A DNA stretch of 64,000 nucleotides from Candidatus Obscuribacteraceae bacterium (GTDB taxonomy: Bacteria > Cyanobacteriota > Vampirovibrionia > Obscuribacterales > Obscuribacteraceae): assembly GCA_044226015.1 (NCBI GenBank), contig JBGAHS010000004.1, positions 1 through 64,000 of the forward strand, given 5' to 3'. The position numbers were made by a program, and so were the translations under genes. The notes below the pieces were generated by a model. The model was given only the letters and a program-made list of their open reading frames with translations. It was not told where the DNA came from and made no database searches. Shown here one piece after another: positions 8,169-16,598 of this stretch. The first letter of the stretch is position 1. Each line of letters begins with the position of its first letter.

Positions 8169-10496
8169 ATGACTTACGAGTCTTCAATCACACCAACCGG
8201 GGGCGAGGTAGCCCACACCACAGCGGCAGCAGCTGAAGCATCAGTTGCTCATGTCGAGAGCCAGCTTACGGCTCAAGTTGACGTGACCGCTGCGCATAAG
8301 TTTTTTCAACCAGTCGCTACTGGATTACCAACACCTACTTTCACTGGCGCTGAGACCGCTGTAGCGGGCAAAGCCGCTGCACTCGCTGCCAGCTCAGGAG
8401 CCGAGGCTCAGGTTATCACCGCTGCTTCGAAGGCAATTGGCTCTGTGGTGGCAGGTGCAGGTGAAGCTGCCGCGATGGGCGCACACGCCATAGCTGGCGC
8501 AGCTGAAGTGTCTCCAGTTATTCAATTGATAATGAAACTTCCAGGTTTGGGCGGCGTTGCTCAAACTTTCTTCGAATGGTTGGCCTCATTGTTTGTGGCC
8601 CCAGATTTTTCCAATTTGTTCGACCCCAAGATGTGGGCTGAGTTGGGTGGTTCGCTGCAAGCTAACCTCGCCAAACTGGCTTCTCAGGGTGTGAGCGCTG
8701 AACACTTCCAGGTTCCACTTTCGATGCTTCCCGGAAATGCTCCATTCTTGCATCAAATTGGCATGCAGGCCGGAACTCAATTCAGTGACATGCAGAGCAT
8801 CAGTCATTTCAGTGCTAATGGCTTGACCAATCAAGGCGGGCTCAGCGGACTGAGCATGAAGGACCCGATGAATGTTGCCGGTCCTCTGGACCTCAAGAAA
8901 GCTCAGTTTGAAATGGGGCAGTCTGCAAATCCACACAGTCTTCAAGTCGACGGCAAAATGAGCGGTCCTCATATGAGTGGTGAGCACAATCCTAACTTCC
9001 TCGCTGGCACAAAGCGTCTCTTTGCTGACCAGGCTTCGCAACAAAATTCCTTGCTTTCTCAATCGAATGTGAGTGCCGGTAACACCGTCGCTAACAATGT
9101 CCCTGCGAACGCCTCAAGCATGAACATCAGCTCGAATAGCTTCTCTCCGGCACAAGAGACTAGCGCAGCACCGGCTAACTACAATGTTTCTGATGGTATC
9201 ATCAGCGGACCAAGCGTCTCCTCTACCAACATTGGTTATCAACTCAGTGATGCATCGTCCGCAAGCTCTGCGGTAGATAAGGCTAGCGCTTTGTCTCCTT
9301 CAGGCGCTGTCGGTGATACTCTCGGCGGCAACAATTTGCTAGCTTCAAACGATGTGCCTGGTGGCGGATTTGGTGGCGGTTATTTCAAGCCAGCTGTACC
9401 AGCAAGCACCGGTGACAGTTCTTATTTCCAGAGTGCAAGCCGTGCTCCAATCACAGAGCTTAAAGCTGAGCCAATGTCATTGTTGAAGAAAGCAAATCCG
9501 AACATCGGTAAAGTTCCAGATAAAGGTGTGACTGATCACATAGGTCATCAATCTAAGGGTGCGATGAATGCTAACTCTGCGCCTGCAGCACCAGCACCAT
9601 CACCTTCTCATTCTCAAGCTCCGATGGATCAAATTTCGCATCGCGGTCATCATGCAGCAGCCGAGTCGGCACCGAAACATGTCGCTCACAAGGTATCTGC
9701 TGATGCTCATCCTAAAGTCCATCATGCTGCTAAGCACGTAGAGCGCGTTGCACAGCAACCGGCTGCTCAAGATCAAGCACAGCAAGTTTCATACGAACAA
9801 CAACAGGTTGCTCAAGAAGTTCCACAAGCTGGCGACCAGCAGCTTGCTTCTAACTATCATGTTCAATCCGGAGACAATTTGTGGGATATCGCTCGCAAGC
9901 AGCTCGGCGATGGAACTCGTTGGCAAGAAATTTACAAGCTAAATACCGATGTTATTGGTGCTAACCCAAGTTTGATTCACACCGGTATTGATTTGAAACT
10001 TCCGGGTGCTGATGGCACTCAGATCACCGATGCCAGCACCGGTTCGTACACAGTACAGCCAGGCGACAATCTCTGGGATATCTCTAAAGAGAAGTTGGGT
10101 GATGGAAGCCGTTGGGGTGAGATCTTTGATGCAAACAAAGCCATCATCGGTGACAACCCGAGAATGATCTTCGGTGGACAGCAGCTGCAAATGCCAGGTG
10201 CTCCACAATTGCAAATCAGCCAGGCTCCAGTAGCTCCGGCGACACCAGTAGCACAAGTTCCACAGCAAGTAGTTGCCCCGCAAGCTCAACTATCACCTGT
10301 GCAACAAGCTGCTCCGGTGTACCAACCTGAGGCTCAGCTTTCGCAAGCTCCACAGCAGTCATATCTTAGCGGACCCGGCGCCGCTGGTGCGGCTACCTTG
10401 GATCCTACTCTGGTTCCGAGACAAGATGCTGGTCCGGTGTCTGCCTCCCTGGCACCTGATTTGTCCTTCTTGAGCAATCCTAAGACTGGTCGCTAA
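8169..10496 (+). CDS. large low-complexity protein with two LysM domains
   Basis: YHVQSGDNLWDIARKQLGDGTRWQEIYKLN...LKLP and YTVQPGDNLWDISKEKLGDGSRWGEIFDAN...LQMP; no classical signal peptide. Confidence 0.9.
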   Translation: MTYESSITPTGGEVAHTTAAAAEASVAHVESQLTAQVDVTAAHKFFQPVATGLPTPTFTGAETAVAGKAAALAASSGAEAQVITAASKAIGSVVAGAGEAAAMGAHAIAGAAEVSPVIQLIMKLPGLGGVAQTFFEWLASLFVAPDFSNLFDPKMWAELGGSLQANLAKLASQGVSAEHFQVPLSMLPGNAPFLHQIGMQAGTQFSDMQSISHFSANGLTNQGGLSGLSMKDPMNVAGPLDLKKAQFEMGQSANPHSLQVDGKMSGPHMSGEHNPNFLAGTKRLFADQASQQNSLLSQSNVSAGNTVANNVPANASSMNISSNSFSPAQETSAAPANYNVSDGIISGPSVSSTNIGYQLSDASSASSAVDKASALSPSGAVGDTLGGNNLLASNDVPGGGFGGGYFKPAVPASTGDSSYFQSASRAPITELKAEPMSLLKKANPNIGKVPDKGVTDHIGHQSKGAMNANSAPAAPAPSPSHSQAPMDQISHRGHHAAAESAPKHVAHKVSADAHPKVHHAAKHVERVAQQPAAQDQAQQVSYEQQQVAQEVPQAGDQQLASNYHVQSGDNLWDIARKQLGDGTRWQEIYKLNTDVIGANPSLIHTGIDLKLPGADGTQITDASTGSYTVQPGDNLWDISKEKLGDGSRWGEIFDANKAIIGDNPRMIFGGQQLQMPGAPQLQISQAPVAPATPVAQVPQQVVAPQAQLSPVQQAAPVYQPEAQLSQAPQQSYLSGPGAAGAATLDPTLVPRQDAGPVSASLAPDLSFLSNPKTGR

Positions 10497-10799
10497 TTTC
10501 AACGTAATCTGAATTATCAGCAAAGTATGATGCAGTGCTGCCGAGCAGATTGCATTAATGTAGAGTGGTATTCATGGTGCCTTCAGGGAAGTGCAAGATA
10601 CCTCTATCCTGGAAAGCCCGTTGAAACCAAAGAGCGGTGTTAGATCTCTATCCTTACGGCTTGAAGTATATCTGGAATGGCATTTTTGGAAGCAAATAGG
10701 GGCAGCTTAAACTATTCGGGATAATCAAGGAAATGGGCAAGATTTGTCCTAACTAACCGGCTATGATTTAGTGCGGTGATAGTGTGGATTGGAGTGCTC

Positions 10800-11714
10800 A
10801 TGCGCGTATTATTGACCGGTGGTGCAGGCGACCTCGGACAGATGCTTTGTTCTTCCCTGATTGGCATGGGTCACACGCCCGTAGTGTTCGACATCAAGGC
10901 GCCACCGGCTGCTAAGCAAGCAGCCGGTGCGATTCCTTCCACACAATCTATTGAATATATCAATGGATCCATCATAAATAGAGAGCAGCTGCGAAGCTCA
11001 ATGGCAGAGGTTGACACAGTAGTGCACATTGCTGCGTGGCACGGAATTCACGAGCATCGCAAAGAGAAAGATGCATACGATTTTTGGGATTTAAATGCGA
11101 CGGGCACCTTTAATGTGTTTCAATCCGCCACTGAATGTGGTGTCAATGACATCGTGTTTGTTTCCAGTACAAGCATTGATGATCGATATGGTATTTACGG
11201 ACATAGCAAAATCATCGGAGAAGAACTTGCTCGTGCTTATGCCGATCGCCACGCAAAGAACATTATAACTCTGCGACCCAGAGCCTTTATTCCGCCGTGG
11301 AACAAGTCTGCATATTCCACTTTTATCGAATGGGCAAAGTGGTATTGGAAAGGTGCTGTGCACATTTCTGATGTGAATCAGTCTGTAGTCAAAAGCATAG
11401 AATTTCTAAGTTCTCAATCTGAAAAGCTTAAGGCACCATTGTTCCTGACGGTTGATGGTGCCTATCAGTACACAGAGGAAGACTTAGAAAATTGGGACGC
11501 TGAGGGACCAGGGTCTACTTTTCGGAATTACTACAATCAATTCTACGAATTGGCCGTGTCGCTGGGTTTTGACCCAACACTAAAACCAAAACGGTTGGAC
11601 ATTAGTGATACAACAAGGCTGATTAACTACAGGCCGCTTTATAGCCTGAAAACGTTATTGCTCGAACTGAAAATGTATGGGGCTGAAGGTCCTTATGCTG
11701 ATCGCCAGCCGTGA
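10800..11714 (+). CDS. NAD-dependent epimerase/dehydratase family protein
   Basis: VLLTGGAGDLG Rossmann motif and YGHSK (YxxxK); ATG 10800 follows GGAG. Confidence 0.88.
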   Translation: MRVLLTGGAGDLGQMLCSSLIGMGHTPVVFDIKAPPAAKQAAGAIPSTQSIEYINGSIINREQLRSSMAEVDTVVHIAAWHGIHEHRKEKDAYDFWDLNATGTFNVFQSATECGVNDIVFVSSTSIDDRYGIYGHSKIIGEELARAYADRHAKNIITLRPRAFIPPWNKSAYSTFIEWAKWYWKGAVHISDVNQSVVKSIEFLSSQSEKLKAPLFLTVDGAYQYTEEDLENWDAEGPGSTFRNYYNQFYELAVSLGFDPTLKPKRLDISDTTRLINYRPLYSLKTLLLELKMYGAEGPYADRQP

Positions 11715-11784
11715 TTCTATTTCTTTGGCAAGAGTGTGCTTGTATTTTCTGAGGCAAACGCGTTAGATGCATTATTGCTCGATT

Positions 11785-12441
11785 CTACTTCTTCTCAACA
11801 TTTTCCTTTTGTTCGGGTGGTCTGGGCGCAGGTCTTAGAGCTGGAACAGCTGCCTTGCTCAGCAGGTATTGCGTAGCAAAGGCGTTTGATACTACTAATA
11901 CGTCGCTTGCAAGATCTCTCAGATTAGAACTGCTTTGCTTGATGGGATCCTTTTCGCTTCCAGTTTTGGGATCTTTTTCGCTTCCAGTTTTGGGAGCTGC
12001 TTTGTTGCCAGCATCAGGAGATTCAGGCGATTTGCTTTCTTGCTTTGGAGTATTGAGCGGCTTACCGTCTTCTTTGACTGGTACTGGCGCAAAACGATTG
12101 GCACCAAGTGAAAATTGTGTCGCCACGAGATCCGCAACAAGATCCGCAGCCAGTTGCCTAAGGTTTGACTGGGTCTCTTTAACTTGCTCAGTGTTGTTCT
12201 TTTCTGACTGCCCTGCTCTCCTGCTAGAGTCAGGTGATCCTTGCTCTTTGTCGGAAGGGTTTTTGGCTGCTGCCTTTGGTGCATCGGACGGTGAGCTCGA
12301 TGCGGGCAACTCTGCAGAGACTTGTTGAGATCGAGTTTTCAAAACTGGCATATCCTGCCACAGAGATAAGGACAAATCAGGTGCTGAGCTTGTGCTCAGG
12401 TTGTTCCTTTGTAACTCTTCAATAGTTTCTAAGTTGCTCAT
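11785..12441 (-). CDS. low-complexity hypothetical protein with internal duplication
   Basis: Likely start MSNLETIEE (GGGAGA upstream); duplicated segment (SNLRQLAADL..ATQFSL / SNLRDLASDV..ATQYLL) and KTGSEKDP x2. Confidence 0.6.
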   Translation of the reverse strand: MSNLETIEELQRNNLSTSSAPDLSLSLWQDMPVLKTRSQQVSAELPASSSPSDAPKAAAKNPSDKEQGSPDSSRRAGQSEKNNTEQVKETQSNLRQLAADLVADLVATQFSLGANRFAPVPVKEDGKPLNTPKQESKSPESPDAGNKAAPKTGSEKDPKTGSEKDPIKQSSSNLRDLASDVLVVSNAFATQYLLSKAAVPALRPAPRPPEQKENVEKK

Positions 12442-12551
12442 TTGATCTTTCTCCCGATTCTCATTTCGACTTGCACCCATGACATAAAGGTAAGTTGTAC
12501 GGATGACTCGAAGGTGACATCCGCCACCGCCAGAGGATATGGAAAAATGTG

Positions 12552-12580
12552 TTGACAAACATACGTTTGTATGGCATTAT
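12552..12580 (+). promoter_or_regulatory. near-consensus sigma70 promoter with overlapping palindromic operator
   Basis: TTGACA-17 bp-CATTAT with extended -10 TG; ACAAAC-ATAC-GTTTGT at 12555-12570. Confidence 0.7.
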
Positions 12581-12586
12581 GCCACT

Positions 12587-12820
12587 AAGTGGTTACGTTA
12601 GCTGAGAGTGCTCGGCTGAAGTAATCATGTCCGGGTCAGGCCAATTGCGCGGATCTGGAAACGAGGGCCGACATGAGTCGTCTAGGCGGTGCATGTCGGG
12701 GATGGCAGCCCCCCCTCGTTTTCCAAGGTCCGCTAGAAGCGCTGCTTAAAAACCCGGCCGGCGATTCTCTAAAAAGCGATCCATTTCGCTTACGAGCGAA
12801 GGATACGCGCTGTCTTTATT
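12587..12820 (+). ncRNA. candidate structured non-coding RNA (family unidentified)
   Basis: Promoter upstream, several nested helices, terminator-like hairpin at the 3' end, no credible ORF, next gene convergent. Confidence 0.55.
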
Positions 12821-12823
12821 TTT
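12771..12823. terminator. probable bidirectional terminator hairpin
   Basis: GCGATCC-AT-TTCGCT-tacg-AGCGAA-GGATACGC with an A-tract before and a T-rich tract after. Confidence 0.6.
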
Positions 12824-13169
12824 GCCAGCACAAAAATGAGTTGTTTTCTGTGCATCCCATTGCGCTAATTACAGCCTCATTGGCAAAGCCCGGTAACTTA
12901 GAGATTTTTTCAAGCAGTGAAATCTTTGTCGCCCATTCCTGGCTTACGATTGTTCCACCTTTTTCGCCTTCAAGAACAAAAAAGACATCCTCCAAATAAG
13001 GACCCTGGTCTGTTGTGACAATGGTTATTTTCTTCAGCTCATCCCACTTAACTGATTCCATTGTTCCATCTGATATCTCGCGCCTCAAGCCGTTCTCATC
13101 CATAAAGAACTGATCTGATAAACGCGGTTTTGCGAGCTCCCGAAAAAAATTCATGATCAAATCAAGCAT
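12816..13169 (-). CDS. hypothetical protein
   Basis: 117-aa ORF with GAGGAG RBS, directly downstream of the TetR gene. Confidence 0.7.
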   Translation of the reverse strand: MLDLIMNFFRELAKPRLSDQFFMDENGLRREISDGTMESVKWDELKKITIVTTDQGPYLEDVFFVLEGEKGGTIVSQEWATKISLLEKISKLPGFANEAVISAMGCTENNSFLCWQK

Positions 13170-13187
13170 ATCATTCTCCTCAAATTC

Positions 13188-13799
13188 TCAGGTTCGTGGA
13201 GATTGCGCCTCAATAGCTCCTTTTGCCATTGCAAGGACGGTTGGTGCAGCAAAACCTGGCTCAAGAAGCTCTGGTGCAGAGACGAGCATTCTGTAAGAGC
13301 CCTCGATTGCCGCGAAAATTCCAAGCGCAATCGCACGTTTGGTATTCAAATTCTTTTTTCTTTTCTTCAAAACTCGTTCGACTATATGTTCAAGTTCAGT
13401 GATTTTTGATGCTGAAATTGACTGGTATAGTTCTCTGACTTCTTTGACTCTCAGCGCTTCTGCCCCTATTGCAATCCAACATGCAACGGCAGAGACATCG
13501 GCGTCTTCTCCGATAGCGAGGTGGGCGTTCACGAATGCCGTTAATTCATGTTCAGCATCGCTTTGTCCCGCTAGCAACTTTCTATAACGTTCTTCCAGTT
13601 TTTTCGAAAGGTGCTCTAAGAGAGCCAATAAAATATCGAGTTTGGAGTGAAAGTGATAATGCACCAATCCTGGTGTCAATTTTGCTTTCGCTGCAATTGA
13701 TTGAATTGTTGCGCCATCATACCCATCTTCAGCCATAACCTGGCCTAAAGCCTCCACAATTTGGCTTTGACGAAATTCTCGGTTTGAAGGTCTGGGCAT
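13188..13799 (-). CDS. TetR/AcrR family transcriptional regulator (BetI-like C-terminus)
   Basis: GYDGATIQSIAAKAKLTPGLVHYHFHSK helix-turn-helix; likely start MPRPSN. Confidence 0.9.
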   Translation of the reverse strand: MPRPSNREFRQSQIVEALGQVMAEDGYDGATIQSIAAKAKLTPGLVHYHFHSKLDILLALLEHLSKKLEERYRKLLAGQSDAEHELTAFVNAHLAIGEDADVSAVACWIAIGAEALRVKEVRELYQSISASKITELEHIVERVLKKRKKNLNTKRAIALGIFAAIEGSYRMLVSAPELLEPGFAAPTVLAMAKGAIEAQSPRT

Positions 13800-13813
13800 T
13801 GTTTTAGATTCTT

Positions 13814-13829
13814 GGTTGGTTAACCAACC
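13814..13829. promoter_or_regulatory. perfect 16-bp palindrome, likely TetR operator
   Basis: GGTTGGTTAACCAACC, ~15 bp upstream of the TetR start, between divergent genes. Confidence 0.7.
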
Positions 13830-13914
13830 TAAATATACCACAATGGCGTATTGATTGCATAGCCCTTTTAGCTTCCTTTCTTTTGTTGTGCTACCCTATG
13901 TCGAACTTATAGGG

Positions 13915-15462
13915 ATGAGGTTAATGCAGCTATCTCAGTGTCTTTTTTGTATTGGCTTGTTTTTTGCGCTTGGCACTGCAGCAGCAAACGCTGCAGTTTC
14001 AGAAGCCAGTCTGAATGCAGCGCTTACGAAGCTTGACCAAAACGCGCAAGAACAAATCAATGAGCACAAAATCGTTGGTATGGCCGTGGGTGTTGTTTAC
14101 AAAGACAAGCTTGTTTTTGCCAAGGGATATGGACCAAGAGAACTGAGCAAACCCGCACAGATTGATCCCGAGACAGTCTTTCAATTGGCTTCCGTATCCA
14201 AACCGGTCAGCGCAACTGTTGTTGCAGAACTGGTTGGTGAAGGCAAAATTAGCTGGGACACTAAGATAAGTAGTTTGGATCCTGCATTTCAAATGTATGA
14301 CCCCTATGTTACGAAGGAACTCACTATAAGAGACCTTTACTCTCATCGAAGCGGTTTGCCAGAGCATGCTGGTGATTTGCTCGAGGATATCGGGTTTAAC
14401 CGTGAGCAGGTCTTGCACCGTATGCGGTATCAGAAGCCAGAGTCGAGTTTTCGCGCTGCCTACGCATATACAAACTTCGGATTGACAGAAGGCGCTATTG
14501 CAGCGTGCAAAGCTTATGGTACAAGTTGGGAACAAGCCTCTGCAGCAAAGCTCTTTCAGCCTCTTTCCATGAATTCCAGCAGTTCGACGTTTTCAGGTTT
14601 TGATTCACAGGCTAACAAAGCACTTTCCCATGTTAGAGAAAATGGAACTTGGGTTCATCGAATCACCCGTCAACCAGATGCTCAATCACCTGCAGGTGGA
14701 GTAAGTTCATCAGTGAATGATCTCTCAAAATGGATGAGACTTGTGCTCAACAAAGGAAAGTTTGACGGTAAGCAAATCGTCAACGAAGATTCGCTTGTCG
14801 AGATAATGCATCCCCAGATGCTGACTAATTTCAATCCGCTAAATGGATTGCCATCTTTCTATGGATTAGGAATGAATGTAAGGTATGACACCGAAGGCAA
14901 GCTGCGGCTGGGTCATTCTGGTGCGTTTGCGCTGGGGAATGCTACATGCATAGACATGATTCCGTCAGAGCAACTCGGTGTAATAGTTTTGACAAACTCT
15001 GAACCCGTGGGAGTTGCAGAAGCGCTGAGCAATTCATTCATGGACAATTTCTTGTATGGGAAAGATACAATTGATTGGTTTGCTTTGTTCAAGAAAATCT
15101 TTTCTGACCCAAGCACATTTGGTTTAGATAGGCAATTTGATTACTCTGTTCCTCCTAAGACAATCAGTCGTCCACTGGATGCAGCAGCATACCTTGGAAA
15201 ATATGGCGATGAGTTTTACGGCACAATTGAGATTACTGAAGATAGTGGCAAGCTATCGCTGTTAATTGGACCCAACAAAACAAAGTATCCGCTTCAACAT
15301 TACGACAGGGACACTTTTACTTTTCTTCCAATAGGCGAAAATGCACAAGGTCGGTCTGGAGTGACTTTCACGATTGGGTCAAATGGAATTGCGCAGAAGC
15401 TGCAAATTGAATTGTTATCCAAAGATGGACATGGCAGTTTTGATCGTTTGAGTTCCAAGTAG
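13915..15462 (+). CDS. secreted serine hydrolase (beta-lactamase/AmpC family) with DUF3471-like C-terminus
   Basis: Signal peptide; ASVSK (SxxK), YTN and GHSG motifs. Confidence 0.88.
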   Translation: MRLMQLSQCLFCIGLFFALGTAAANAAVSEASLNAALTKLDQNAQEQINEHKIVGMAVGVVYKDKLVFAKGYGPRELSKPAQIDPETVFQLASVSKPVSATVVAELVGEGKISWDTKISSLDPAFQMYDPYVTKELTIRDLYSHRSGLPEHAGDLLEDIGFNREQVLHRMRYQKPESSFRAAYAYTNFGLTEGAIAACKAYGTSWEQASAAKLFQPLSMNSSSSTFSGFDSQANKALSHVRENGTWVHRITRQPDAQSPAGGVSSSVNDLSKWMRLVLNKGKFDGKQIVNEDSLVEIMHPQMLTNFNPLNGLPSFYGLGMNVRYDTEGKLRLGHSGAFALGNATCIDMIPSEQLGVIVLTNSEPVGVAEALSNSFMDNFLYGKDTIDWFALFKKIFSDPSTFGLDRQFDYSVPPKTISRPLDAAAYLGKYGDEFYGTIEITEDSGKLSLLIGPNKTKYPLQHYDRDTFTFLPIGENAQGRSGVTFTIGSNGIAQKLQIELLSKDGHGSFDRLSSK

Positions 15463-15478
15463 TCGCTCTGAAATTGAA

Positions 15479-16594
15479 TCAGCCGTGATGCTTTTGCAAC
15501 GACATTAGTATGCAGTTGCTTATGTCAGATTCGCTTGCAAAATTGATTCCATCTGATGCAGATTGAACAAAGTCGACACCCAGATTCTGCACCTCAGAGC
15601 TTGCAACACTGCCAGCGACAAACCAGAGGGGTTTATTGTAATCTTGGCAAAGCTTTTTTAGCGAGCCGATTACTTTACCCTGAAGTGAGCTTGCGTCTAT
15701 TCTTCCTTCGCCGCTTATTACCAGGTCACAATTGCGTATCTGATTTTCGAGATCAAGAATTTTTGACAGCCAATCAAATCCCGAAATGATTTCCGCGTTC
15801 AGGGCAAGTGCCAGTCCAAATCCGGTTCCGCCAGCTGCGCCTGCTCCGGGAATGCTTCGAGCGCTCTTGTCTAAGTGTGATTCAATCACATCTGCAAAAT
15901 GTGCTAAGTTATGATCTAGCATTTCAACCTGTGCAGGGCTTGCACCTTTTTGTGGACCAAAGACATGCGCGGCTCCCATGGGTCCCAAAAGAGGGCTACT
16001 AACATCAGTTGCTATCTTAAAGCGGCGTCCCTTGATTCGCGTATGCAGAGGACTTAGATCGCAAGATACAATCTGGTTCAACATGCCTCCACCAGTTGGT
16101 ACAAGTAAGTTTCCATCGTAGTCAAAGAAACGTGCACCCAGTTCGTAGAGTGCGGCGCTGCCACCATCTGTAGAGGCGCTACCGCCAATAGCTATGAATA
16201 TTTGCTGACTTATAGTTCGGGTTAGGGCTTCTGCAATAACAGTTCCGAGCCCTCGCGTGTGTGTGTCCATTGGGCAAAGTTGGTCTTTCTTGAGACCAGC
16301 TATGCCACAAGCAGACGCAAGTTCAACTACTGCTATTTGATCAGTTTTCAACCAGAGCGCTTCTCTGATTTCATTGCACGCTCCTGAGACTCTTGTTTTC
16401 TCAACCTTGCCGCCCAAAGATAAGGACAATGCTTCAATCGTTCCGTCCCCTCCGTCGGCGATTGGTAAAAGCGTCGACTCAATCTCTTTCTTTGAAAGAC
16501 TGGCAAATGTCTTTATGCCGCATTCCATTGCCAGTGCAACTTGAGCTGGCGACAGACTGCCTTTGTAGGCTGTGGGCGCGACGAGAATTCTCAT
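15479..16594 (-). CDS. glycerate kinase
   Basis: APTAYKGSL, PIADGGDGT, GGSASTDGG, FGPQKGA and GEGRID motifs. Confidence 0.92.
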   Translation of the reverse strand: MRILVAPTAYKGSLSPAQVALAMECGIKTFASLSKKEIESTLLPIADGGDGTIEALSLSLGGKVEKTRVSGACNEIREALWLKTDQIAVVELASACGIAGLKKDQLCPMDTHTRGLGTVIAEALTRTISQQIFIAIGGSASTDGGSAALYELGARFFDYDGNLLVPTGGGMLNQIVSCDLSPLHTRIKGRRFKIATDVSSPLLGPMGAAHVFGPQKGASPAQVEMLDHNLAHFADVIESHLDKSARSIPGAGAAGGTGFGLALALNAEIISGFDWLSKILDLENQIRNCDLVISGEGRIDASSLQGKVIGSLKKLCQDYNKPLWFVAGSVASSEVQNLGVDFVQSASDGINFASESDISNCILMSLQKHHG

Positions 16595-16598
16595 TCAA

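Noticed and set aside
10500..10780. Hairpins downstream of the LysM gene as an ncRNA
   Set aside because: Only one imperfect stem, consistent with a 3' UTR or terminator; no promoter or nested structure.
12631..12757. SRP RNA, tRNA or riboswitch identity for the structured region
   Set aside because: No SRP helix-8 CAGG-GNRA-AGCAG arrangement, no T-loop or CCA cloverleaf, and no downstream same-strand gene to regulate.
12673..12999. 108-aa + strand ORF, and a 40-codon ORF from 12627
   Set aside because: No clear RBS, no protein-like features, and the longer ORF overlaps the convergent gene; base-pairing explains the sequence better.
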